The notes beneath the pieces are model-generated. The model ran no database searches. It was not told where the DNA came from and was given only the letters and a program-made list of their open reading frames with translations. A stretch of DNA of 55,872 nt, filler included, from Dugesia japonica (lineage: Eukaryota): the NCBI GenBank assembly GCA_001938525.1. It is 5 parts of 5 records of this genome, joined end to end, with 100 filler letters (N's around TTAATTAATTAA, not from the genome) between each part and the next. Parts side by side here need not be neighbours in the genome. Positions count along the whole stretch, not along the records: positions 1 to 8,933 come from MQRL01584428.1; 4 more parts are not named here. One strand, 5' to 3'. The stretch's first letter is position 1. The number at the start of each line of letters is the position of its first letter. Shown here one piece after another: positions 1-9,033 of the stretch. The translations under genes were made by a program, and so were the position numbers.

Positions 1-412
1 CCGACCATAATTTAGGGGTATAAAAGATGGTTTTTGAGAGGGAGTGAAAAACGCGCGAAAAATGGCAAAAAAATTGAAAAAAGTGGCAAATTATCAGCTT
101 TTTTAAAAAAGTGAAAATTCTCAAAAATCAAAAACTAAAAAAAGTGTTTTATGGACTAGGACCAAATTTTTTTTTACTAAAAAANNNNNNNNNNNNNNNT
201 TAATTTTTGAGTAATTGAAAAAAAGTTTAAAAAAGTTAAAAAATGATAAAAATATCAACTTTTTTCAAAAAGTGATTAGGATCAAAATTTTATAGACAAA
301 AAAAATAATTAGGAATTTTACTTTTGGATGTGGTTTGTCGCTTGTATTTTGTCGCTTGTNNNNNNNNNNNNNNNNNNNNNNNNNNNNNNNNNNNNNNNNG
401 TAGAATAAAAAA

Positions 413-3400
413 TTAATACCCAAAAGGTAGTGTAGTTATTCCATCTTCTAGAATAAATCTTTTATCATCAAATGAAGTTATTGCTTTTTTAATTTGTTTT
501 GTTTGTTTTACTTGATGTATAGTAGAGTTGATAGAGTAATTAGTTCCTGTTATTATTGAATTATTATATAATACATTTTTATATTGTTGTGCTGTAAAGT
601 TATTTGTATTACTTAATCCTTTGTGTTTCTTTAAATCTTTATTGGAATTCTTATTTTCTTTTACTAGATAGTATTATTTTGCCTTTATGAAGAATGCTTC
701 TTTAATTATTTCATCAGGATATTCATCCTTCATTTGGAATAAATTACTACCAAATAAATCTTTAATTTTAGTTTTTTCTGAAAATTCACTCCAGGATTGA
801 TTAGGATGTATAAATTCAATCATTAGTGAATCTGTATCACTGTAATGTATTCTCCATTGTTCTAAAATATTATTTGGAATATAAGTATTTAATTGATTGT
901 AAACAAAATCATACATGATTAGTTTTGCATAATCTAGTACAAAGAATCCTANNNNNNNNNNNNNNNNNNNNNNNNNNNNNNNNNNNNNNNNNNNNNNNNN
1001 NNNNNNNNNNNNNNNNNNNNNNNNNNNNNNNNNNNNNNNNNNNNNNNNNNNNNNNNNNNNNNNNNNNNNNNNNNNNNNNNNNNNNNNNNNNNNNNNNNNN
1101 NNNNNNNNNNNNNTCCAAAGTCTTTCCAAAGAATGCATTATTTAGTAGTTTGAAAAATGAATTTCCAAAGTCATCATTATTAAATTTTGCGTCATCTCTT
1201 GAATTAATATTTGATTGTATGTAATCTTTTAACCAATATTTAGTAAGAATGTTTATTTTACTACGTACTTTTGATAAAATCATTCCTTGATCAAGATAAA
1301 GATCCAAAACTTGTTCTAGAACTACATAATTATATTTATTTTTCTGAGTCATTATTAGTTTTTCATAATTTGATTGTTTCTGATTCATTAATTTTAATAA
1401 TTCTTTTTGATAATCACTCAAGTCATCATAACTAATTGATTGTTTATCAACTGCTAATGGATAATATTTAGTATTTTCTTTAATATTGTCTGGATATATT
1501 AAATCAACTGTATAAATATAATCCATATAAATCTTTTCTCCATTTACAACTTTATAATTATCATTAGTTCTAATATAAGTTTTGTTATTATCCCAACTCA
1601 TTTCACCCCAAGGTAATCGTTTTGTCATCGATGCTGCGTATAAACTATTCTCATCTAAACATTTTATTGTATGAAATTCATCTGCAACTACATGTCTATT
1701 TCCACATACTCCTGAAAATCCTCCTCTAATTCCCTGTTCAATAGTTAGAAACATGTCAAAGTTTTGAGGATTAGAATTTAATAATTCAACTTTGGATACT
1801 TTCATTCCTATTTCCCATGTAAGTCCTGGTGCAGAGTAACAATATGTTGNNNNNNNNNNNNNNNNNNNNNNNNNNNNNNNNNNNNNNNNNNNNNNNNNNA
1901 TTAAATCAACTGTATAAATATAATCCATATAAATCTTTTCTCCATTTACAACTTTATAATTATCATTAGTTCTAATATAAGTTTTGTTATTATCCCAACT
2001 CATTTCACCCCAAGGTAATCGTTTTGTCATCGATGCTGCGTATAAACTATTCTCATCTANNNNNNNNNNNNNNNNNNNNNNNNNNNNNNNNNNNNNNNNN
2101 NNNNNNNNTCCACATACTCCTGAAAATCCTCCTCTAATTCCCTGTTCAATAGTTAGAAACATGTCAAAGTTTTGAGGATTAGAATTTAATAATTCAACTT
2201 TGGATACTTTCATTCCTATTTCCCATGTAAGTCCTGGTGCAGAGTAACAATATGTTGGATCAATTTNATTCCTATCTAGTGATAATTTCCTAAAGTTTTC
2301 AAAAATGTCTGCTAGAATTATTACATCAAGTTTCATGTAATGTAGTGTGTATTCCATCAAGTTGTTAAAATTTGAAAATTCTTTTAGAAATATTTGATAA
2401 TCTGATTCTGATAACTTACTTTGTTTAAGTACATTAAAAATGTCATCAATATTTGGTTTGTAATTTAATAATTTTCTTTTAACTTCAGAATAATTATTTC
2501 CATTTACATAATCATATGGATAGATTCCTTTTGCTGGTTTGAGATTAAAACTTTTTAAATGAGGATGGTTTTTACTTTTTAATAAATCTTGACCCATCTT
2601 TTCAACTAAATGTCCACTACACATTCTTAGAGAATCTAGAAGTCTCAACCTTTCTATAGAAAATGAAATGTAAACATCATCATTTAAAGGAATTAAATTA
2701 CCAATTTTATTTGGATGAGATTTACACAATTCTTTAAAAANNNNNNNNNNNNNNNNNNNNNNNNNNNNNTGTGCATAAACTGGAATGAAATACTTCTTTG
2801 TAGATTCAAATTTCTTTATACAATTGTAATGTGCATGTCCTCTAGAAGCTCCTGTCCATGTATTTATTGAAAGATAATCACAGGGGGATGAAGACTCACA
2901 GGGTGTTCCACAGGGTGCTCCACCAATTGAATTACAATAATAACATTTTACTCTTGGATCAATATCTCTTTCAAGAAGTGGAATTGAAGAATAACTTGTT
3001 TTTATTAAATTTTCAAATAAACCATCAAAGGTTAATAACCAGTTAATGAATTTTTCTATACAATCTTGTCCTGTGAAGTAATTGTATATATTACTAACTT
3101 TTGGATGATCACTTACTAGATATAATCCTAAAGCAAATGGAATTAAATCGTTGGATGATTGTTCGTTAGATGTGAGTTTATAAGTTTCTATATTAAAGTA
3201 GATTGTAAATGGATTTTTGTTTTTCATGTAGAATTTATTAAAAGAGTATGATTTATTAAAACTAAATTTAATATCTGCTGTTTTCTGTTTTAAACAAACT
3301 ATTTGATGATTAATTAAAGATTCTTTACTAGATTTCCAATTCATACAGTTTATACACAATTCATTACTATGTTTAGACTTTTTATTTATTTTATTAAGAT

Positions 3401-4574
3401 TTCTAATTAAAATGTAATGTTTGTTCCAAAATAACAAATTACATTTATTAACTGTATGTAAAGGATTAGTATCAAAGTGAGAAGAATAGAGTTTTTGAAT
3501 TCTAGGATTAATTTCATGTTTAACAACTTCAAAGATATTAATTTTAAAATCATTTAATCTTTCAAATTTAGGAATATTTTTTATTTCCATTGGCATAGTT
3601 ATTCCTGTCCAGTCTAGTTTATTTGATAGAAGTTTATTTGAGGCTAGAAGATAATTAGAAACTGATTCTCCTAAAGATGGATTAAGATGAGTCATTATAC
3701 AATATTTAAAGCAATTGAAATCATCCTTTGGATTCTTAATATTTAGAATTCCTGTAATATTTTCCCATTCTTTAGGTAATGGAGAATAACCTTGTCCAGT
3801 TAAAGATTCATAATTAGATAATTCAATTGTAAAAGAATTAAACTTTTCAAAAGACCAACCTGATCCTTGAGTCTCTGTTGTAAAAATATCTTCTGATAAT
3901 TGATCCAACATTTTATCAATTGTTTCATTAATCTGACTAGGCATTGTTATTTTCTCTGAATGAGCATCATAATCCTTTACCCAATTTTGATTAGTTGTAC
4001 TATCTTCACCAACAAAGTCCTTTGTATAAGTAGTAGAACAAGTTATTGTAACAGCTACTTTTTGAAATTTATTCAAGAATAGATTAACCATATCTTTCAT
4101 ATTAGAAGTATATTCTTTTAAAAGATTAAAGTTAATTCTATAATTAAATTGATATAAATTTTCAATAGCTGGTTGACTTTCATTTTTATAAATTGAGAAA
4201 TATTTTTTTAATTTAATCATGGCTTGTTGACATGTTTCAATTTCATATTCTGGTGTATAATCTTTAAATAATTCTCTTAGGTTAACTGGAATTTCATATT
4301 CTTCTTCAGCAGTTTCATATTCTTCTTCATCACTTTCTAATTCTTCTTCTAATTTACCTACTTTCATAACATGTTTACGTCCTTGTAAATGTCTATTATA
4401 ATTTACCAAGTTATCAAAATTTATATTACAAATGTGACATCTTCTCCAAACATTTCCAGCATTAGTTAATTCTATTTTTCGTTTATGAGCTTTTCCTTTA
4501 AGATGAGTTTCCAAGTTATAAACACTTCTAAAATGTTGATTACAGATTTCACAAAATTTTTCAACTCTAGCCAT
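413..4574 (-). CDS. pPolB: Protein-primed family B DNA polymerase (Polinton type) with N-terminal zinc fingers; one in-frame stop
   Basis: Motifs GSGWSF, NIKN..D..CFKY, KGIYPYDY, ExoIII Y..LDV..LADIFENFR, GIRGG, motif A DENSLY, motif B KLLNNAFFGKT and motif C YSDTDS (in the 674..1138 frame after the N gap). Past TAA 674-676 the frame stays open (YYLVKE..KKHKG..FDDKRFILEDGITTLPFGY) to the stop at 413-415. Confidence 0.95.
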
Positions 4575-4618
4575 TTCTTAAAGAATAAATTTTGGTATAA
4601 CTAATTTTAAAAACTAGA

Positions 4619-5287
4619 TCATTTTTTTATATTTTCTTTCTGTAACTGACCAGCAATATGAGTCATCAAGATTGGAAAGGTTTTAGCAAAGTGATCAAAT
4701 TGTTGATTAAGATCCTGTTGATTAACACCCTGATTAACACCCTGATTAACACCTTGATTAACAGGTTTAATTAATTCTTCTTTAAGATTATTTGAAATTT
4801 TAATTTCTTCATTACTTAATTTATTATCCTCCAAAGCTTTAACATGAAAGATGAATAATTTATTTTTAGTTTCTTCCAATAGTTTAATTTTCAAAGTATA
4901 TTTAATTATTCTACTTCTTATTAAACTAATACGTAAAGATCCATGTGCCATAGAATATATTATAGGTATACCAGTTATTATTCCTGTAACAATTAATGGA
5001 ATTGTAAAAGATAAAGTAGACATTAATATTATTTTTCCTGAAGCTATTCCTACTATAGTTGATATTCCTACATCAGTAAATCTAACTCCATTATCAAATC
5101 TTGACCATCTTCTTTTTAATTTNNNNNNNNNNNNNNNNNNNNNNNNNATCCATTCTAAATCACTTTCAAAATCTCTTATCCTAGTTTTATTTAATTTATT
5201 TTTTAAATCTTGAATAGTTTCGATAGAACTTAAATCTGGATACATTTTACTAGACTGATAATTTTCTTCTCCAATTAATTGGTTCAT
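4619..5287 (-). CDS. Polinton/adintovirus membrane protein (gasderminX-like)
   Basis: N-terminal MYPDL, then a basic helix, a Gly-rich double hydrophobic segment, and a C-terminal KALEDNKLSNEE resembling the KAL.D..IS.EE motif of this family. A 12-bp repeat encodes (VNQG)n. Confidence 0.7.
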   Translation of the reverse strand: MNQLIGEENYQSSKMYPDLSSIETIQDLKNKLNKTRIRDFESDLEWXXXXXXXXXKLKRRWSRFDNGVRFTDVGISTIVGIASGKIILMSTLSFTIPLIVTGIITGIPIIYSMAHGSLRISLIRSRIIKYTLKIKLLEETKNKLFIFHVKALEDNKLSNEEIKISNNLKEELIKPVNQGVNQGVNQGVNQQDLNQQFDHFAKTFPILMTHIAGQLQKENIKK

Positions 5288-5707
5288 TTTTTAGTAAAAT
5301 AATTTGAGGTTAGTTATTAAATCTATTGGGATAATATAGTCAAAGATTTAAAAAAAGAATTTGATGAAATGGTTATTGAAAATTTTAACCATTTTGTTTT
5401 TTTATCTATTTCATTAGACTTTATACTAAAATTTACTAATTCATCATTTTCTTTTATTTTAAATATAAAGGTTTTAAAAACTACTGGGTTAGATTAATTT
5501 TTTATTATAATTTCAATTTTTTTTAAATTAACTGGATATGGACCATTATAATAATCAACAATTTTTTATTGATTAGCAAATGAAAAAAACTAAACTTAAT
5601 TTATCTTCTTCTTTATTTAATTCAAAATCTAATATTAAATTATGAAATAATAAATAAAAGAAAGAACATAAAGAATCGTGGGAGCTTTTTTCAAAAAAAA
5701 GTCCATC

Positions 5708-6577
5708 TCAATAACTTTTTAGTTTTTTCTTTTTAAAAACTAAAACAGTTGGTAGATCTTCTAAAATCACTTCTACTGATAATTTAAATAATACATTCTT
5801 ATTTTCTAAACTAGTTTGATTTTCTAAAGAATAAGGAAAATAATTTTTAATTTCTTCTTTCAAAGTTTTGAGTAAATCTGGTGAATAAATTTTCTTTTGA
5901 TTTCTTTCTTTTTTTAAATTGGATATAATACATAAAAGATAATCTTTATCATTTTTATACATGTACTTTATCGAATTTAATTTATTTTCTAAATCTGGTA
6001 AAGGATCATTTTTAATTTGATTATAAAAATCTAATTCATATTTTACTTTATTAAATTCTTCTTTCAACTTGTTACATTTATCTGTACTACAAATACTTGT
6101 TAAATTATCAACTTGTTTCTTTAAATCTTCAATTTGTCCAACTAGTTTGTTCTTTAATTTATCAAGTTGTCCAACTAGTTGGTTATTAAATTCATCTTTA
6201 TAAAAATTTTTAATCGGTTTAAAATTTTCAAGTTGGGATAGCATATCACTTTTTAGATTTATAAATTCTTTTTTCCTATCACTTAAATGTAATTTATTAC
6301 TTTCCATTAAAGTATCAATAGTTATTTGTTGTTTAACAATTTTTTTATTAAACTTGTTGGTTATTTCATTAATTTCTTTATTAATCAAATTGTTAACATA
6401 GTTCCTATCATCATACTTTTTATTTTTAACTTCTTCTTGTTCTTCGTGAATTTTTAATTTTAATCTAATTTTATTTTCTACTTTACCATCAAATGCTTCT
6501 AGTAATTGAGAAGCATTTTTATTCTCTAGTGTTTCACCAAACCTATTCATTATTACATTTGAAAAGCTATGAGTCAT
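5708..6577 (-). CDS. Coiled-coil protein of the Polinton (possible fibre or structural protein); may extend to ~5325 through homopolymer frameshifts
   Basis: 289-aa heptad-rich ORF with an MNRFG-type start. Coding-like frames continue downstream across A/T runs (EKSSHDSLCSFFYLL..., VDYYNGPYPVNLKK...). Confidence 0.6.
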   Translation of the reverse strand: MTHSFSNVIMNRFGETLENKNASQLLEAFDGKVENKIRLKLKIHEEQEEVKNKKYDDRNYVNNLINKEINEITNKFNKKIVKQQITIDTLMESNKLHLSDRKKEFINLKSDMLSQLENFKPIKNFYKDEFNNQLVGQLDKLKNKLVGQIEDLKKQVDNLTSICSTDKCNKLKEEFNKVKYELDFYNQIKNDPLPDLENKLNSIKYMYKNDKDYLLCIISNLKKERNQKKIYSPDLLKTLKEEIKNYFPYSLENQTSLENKNVLFKLSVEVILEDLPTVLVFKKKKLKSY

Positions 6578-6601
6578 TTCTTATAGCTAATTTATTAGGT
6601 T

Positions 6602-6714
6602 CATTCTTTAAAGCCATTCTTTAAAGGTATATTAAAGAATGTCTTTTACTTAAAGCCATTCTTTAAAGGTATATTAAAGAATGTCTTTTACTTAAAGCCA
6701 TTCTTTAAAGGTAT
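6602..6714. repeat. 42-bp tandem repeat (~2.5 copies), each full unit containing a 10-bp-stem hairpin
   Basis: TTAAAGCCATTCTTTAAAGGTAT at 6608, 6650 and 6692; stem CATTCTTTAA/TTAAAGAATG. Confidence 0.9.
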
Positions 6715-7192
6715 TCTTAAATTCTTTAATGATATCATCAAATCGTTCATCCGAGGTCTGTTGACTGATTTTGTAAATAAAATAAATACACAATATACCA
6801 CATATTTTTGTTCTCCACGGTTGAACTTGTACTTTGTTCCACTTTGTTGGAGATTTTCCAGTTGACTTTCCAGTTGACTCTTTAATAGAATCTAATGGAG
6901 GTAGCCCATAAGAATCAAAATAATAGTTTTTCCAAGCTCCACTTGGACCTTTACCAACAACTAGTGCAACCCAATGAGAACCTCTTTGATTAGAGTTTTG
7001 ATAGTTTACTATCCAGTTCCCTACTGGCCAGTTGATTGGACAGTAGTTATTAGAATAACTATTCTTGAATTCATCATTCATTACTACATGAACATCAATA
7101 TTTAAAAAATTAGCAATTTCTATTAAATTGAAATTAGTTGTAGATGATATACCAAATGTTTTTAAGAAATCTACTATAGTCCAATTATCCAT
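6692..7192 (-). CDS. Adenain-like (C5) cysteine maturation protease
   Basis: IVN...RGSHWVAL (His), YFDSYGLPP (Asp), QVQ (oxyanion Gln) and ICG..C (Cys). Confidence 0.93.
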   Translation of the reverse strand: MDNWTIVDFLKTFGISSTTNFNLIEIANFLNIDVHVVMNDEFKNSYSNNYCPINWPVGNWIVNYQNSNQRGSHWVALVVGKGPSGAWKNYYFDSYGLPPLDSIKESTGKSTGKSPTKWNKVQVQPWRTKICGILCIYFIYKISQQTSDERFDDIIKEFKNTFKEWL

Positions 7193-7194
7193 TT

Positions 7195-7893
7195 TTATAT
7201 AATCTCTCTTAGATGTAATAGAATATTTATTTTTTCTCCATCAAAATCTATTGTATTAAAATTTTCATCTACTATATTTATTTTTATTCTGGTTATAAAG
7301 TTTATATTAATTTTTGAATAAATAGGATTAGCTGGTCTATCAGTTATTCTATATCCATAAGGAACTGTACCCATTGGTAAACTATGTAATAAATTATATT
7401 CTTTATTATTTAAATAATTACCTTGTACAATGTTACAAATANTATTAATTCTATTAACATCAATAATATTTATTTTATTATCTAAAGTATAACTTTTATT
7501 ATTACTCATTTCATAAATCTTGGGATTGAATCCTAGAATAGTATGAAAGAATGAATCTTTATCAAATTCAAGTTTAAAGTTATTGCTGGCATCCTTATTG
7601 CTTGATAATAATGCTTTACCTNNNNNNNNNNCAAATGTCAACAGTAAACCATCAACAGTCAACCGTTCACCAATTTGTTTTATTTCATAAGCACCAGGAG
7701 TTAATAACTTGTCTTCAACCAGTGAACTGGAATGTATTTTGTATTTATTATTCTTTTTATTAACATTTAAAATCATGTTTTATGTAGTAAACCAGATTAA
7801 AGCTATTTCCCATTTACCTTGTAATTCTATTCCTCTTGTTAAATTAGTTTCTAATTCATGTTCTTGACCATATATTAAAAATTGATGAGACAT
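7195..7893 (-). CDS. Minor capsid (penton-like) protein with an in-frame TAA at 7780-7782
   Basis: Extends upstream of the tracked ORF: MSHQFLIYG..LQGKWEIAL..FTT*NMILNV..NNK, then PGAYEI, LGF, ICNIV.G.Y.N, PYGY.I...P.N.IY and DFDGE....LHLR, the pattern typical of Polinton pentons. Confidence 0.8.
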
Positions 7894-7961
7894 TTACAAG
7901 TATTTATTTTTGAGCCTACAAAAATAAATTCTTGATTTACAAGTATTTATTTTTGAGCCTA
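7893..7961. repeat. 26-bp direct repeat plus a 16-bp-stem hairpin
   Basis: TTTACAAGTATTTATTTTTGAGCCTA at 7893 and 7936; arms 7897-7912 and 7919-7934 with one mismatch. Confidence 0.9.
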
Positions 7962-8831
7962 TCATACTTTTCATTAGTAATTAATTTAGAATCCAATAGT
8001 TGATTAATTATTTTTAAAAAATCTTTTTCAAGATTATCATGACCAGCTTTTATTGCACTGGTGATTATTACAANNNNNNNNNNNNNNACAAACTTTTCAA
8101 ATAGTTTTATTGGTCCACCAATGGCTCCAGTTAACTGGATTGAGTTAGTAAGATTAAGTCCTTCACCTTTTACAGTATTAATTTCTTTATATTCAGGAGG
8201 ATTTTTTAATTTTTTAAATTCCACATCAAATATTCCTTTTTTCTTACATGCTTTAATATAGTTACTTGAATGAGGAATAGAATAATTAAAACCAGTTAAA
8301 TAAATTCCTTTAGCTTCATCATCATTAGATCCATAACCAAACATTAAATTTAATACTTCTTTATTTAATGGTATTTCTCTCTCTTGATCTTGATCAGGAA
8401 TATTGATAACAAAATATTTCTTTAATTCTCCATCTCTTATTCTTTGTTTTAAATAAATTATATNTGAACCTATTTTAAAAGAATTAAAAGTCTCATGATG
8501 ATCATAAATAATATAAGGAATTAAAGTAGGAGGTAAATCATATTTATTAGTAACTATTAAATCTTCTTTTTTTTATTCTTAATCTATCATCCTTTACAAG
8601 ATCCTTTACAAGAACCTTATCAAGAACCTTTACAAGATCCTTATCAGTTTGTTCTTTAACTGGTTCTTTAACTGGTTCTTTAATAGGTTCAGTTATTTTA
8701 CCAGTTGAGAACTGTCCAGTTGAGAACTGGTTAATAAAATAAACTTGTTCAANAATTAAGTTGTTATATTTCTCTCTTCCTATAATTTGTTGTTTTAAAA
8801 TTTTTATTCTATCTTCAATCCATTCAGTCAT
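7937..8831 (-). CDS. Conserved Polinton protein (tentatively PZ-like) split by a frameshift at the A8 run (plus-strand T8, 8567-8574)
   Basis: The frame of ORF 7937..8344 is open upstream to ~8570 (EDLIVTNKYDLPPTLIPY...LNLMFG) and joins ORF 8547..8831 at the homopolymer. It contains KGEGL and a C-terminal I.AGH...IIN.L....LI..Y motif. Confidence 0.65.
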
Positions 8832-8845
8832 TTTCTTTATATTTT

Positions 8846-8932
8846 TTATGGCTTGTAAGGATTAAGATATAAACCTTTACCACTTGGTATAATTTCTATA
8901 CCATTTTTAAATTTCTTTTTATTAATAACTTT
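8846..8932 (-). CDS. C-terminal fragment of a Polinton core-like protein
   Basis: Translates KVINKKKFKNGIEIIPSGKGLYLNPYKP*. A GxGLYLxPY ending is common in Polinton basic core proteins. Truncated by the contig end. Confidence 0.6.
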   Translation of the reverse strand, partial: KVINKKKFKNGIEIIPSGKGLYLNPYKP

Positions 8933-8933
8933 T

Positions 8934-9033
8934 NNNNNNNNNNNNNNNNNNNNNNNNNNNNNNNNNNNNNNNNNNNNTTAATTAATTAANNNNNNNNNNN
9001 NNNNNNNNNNNNNNNNNNNNNNNNNNNNNNNNN
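8934..9033. other. Artificial contig spacer
   Basis: N44-TTAATTAATTAA-N44 (stops in all six frames), repeated at 18024-18123, 31091-31190 and 39973-40072. Confidence 0.97.

Larger units (their letters stand above)
1..8933 (-). mobile_element. Polinton/Maverick (adintovirus-like) endogenous element, partial
   Basis: Compact, intronless, co-oriented cluster with pPolB, adenain protease, penton-like protein and gasderminX-like membrane protein. Truncated by the spacer at 8934. Major capsid protein, packaging ATPase and integrase are not in the window. Confidence 0.92.

Noticed and set aside
1499-2257. ~350-bp duplication inside pPolB (offset 402 bp) that doubles motif A
   Set aside because: The copies look identical and meet at an N gap, typical of unmerged overlapping contig ends. 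A doubled catalytic motif is implausible.
4851-5213. Antisense and N-spanning short ORFs in the track (e.g. 925..1224, 11813..12130, 19747..19989)
   Set aside because: Shadows of real genes or artefacts of N runs.
5681-5704. GGAGCTTTTTT/AAAAAAGTCC terminator-like hairpin after ORF 5708
   Set aside because: Made mostly of homopolymers and probably lies inside a frameshifted coding extension.
6608-6714. CRISPR-like repeat-spacer appearance (also 48275-48451)
   Set aside because: The intervening sequences are identical or related rather than unique spacers, there are no cas genes, and the context is eukaryotic.
674-7782. Alternative genetic code (TAA read as Tyr or Gln) in the Polinton
   Set aside because: Only isolated internal TAAs among more than 2000 AT-rich codons, and several genes end in TAA at the expected positions.
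8978-8989. Recurring TTAATTAATTAA palindrome (four sites)
   Set aside because: Always centred in 44+44 Ns, so it is an assembly spacer. Adjacency across it cannot be trusted.
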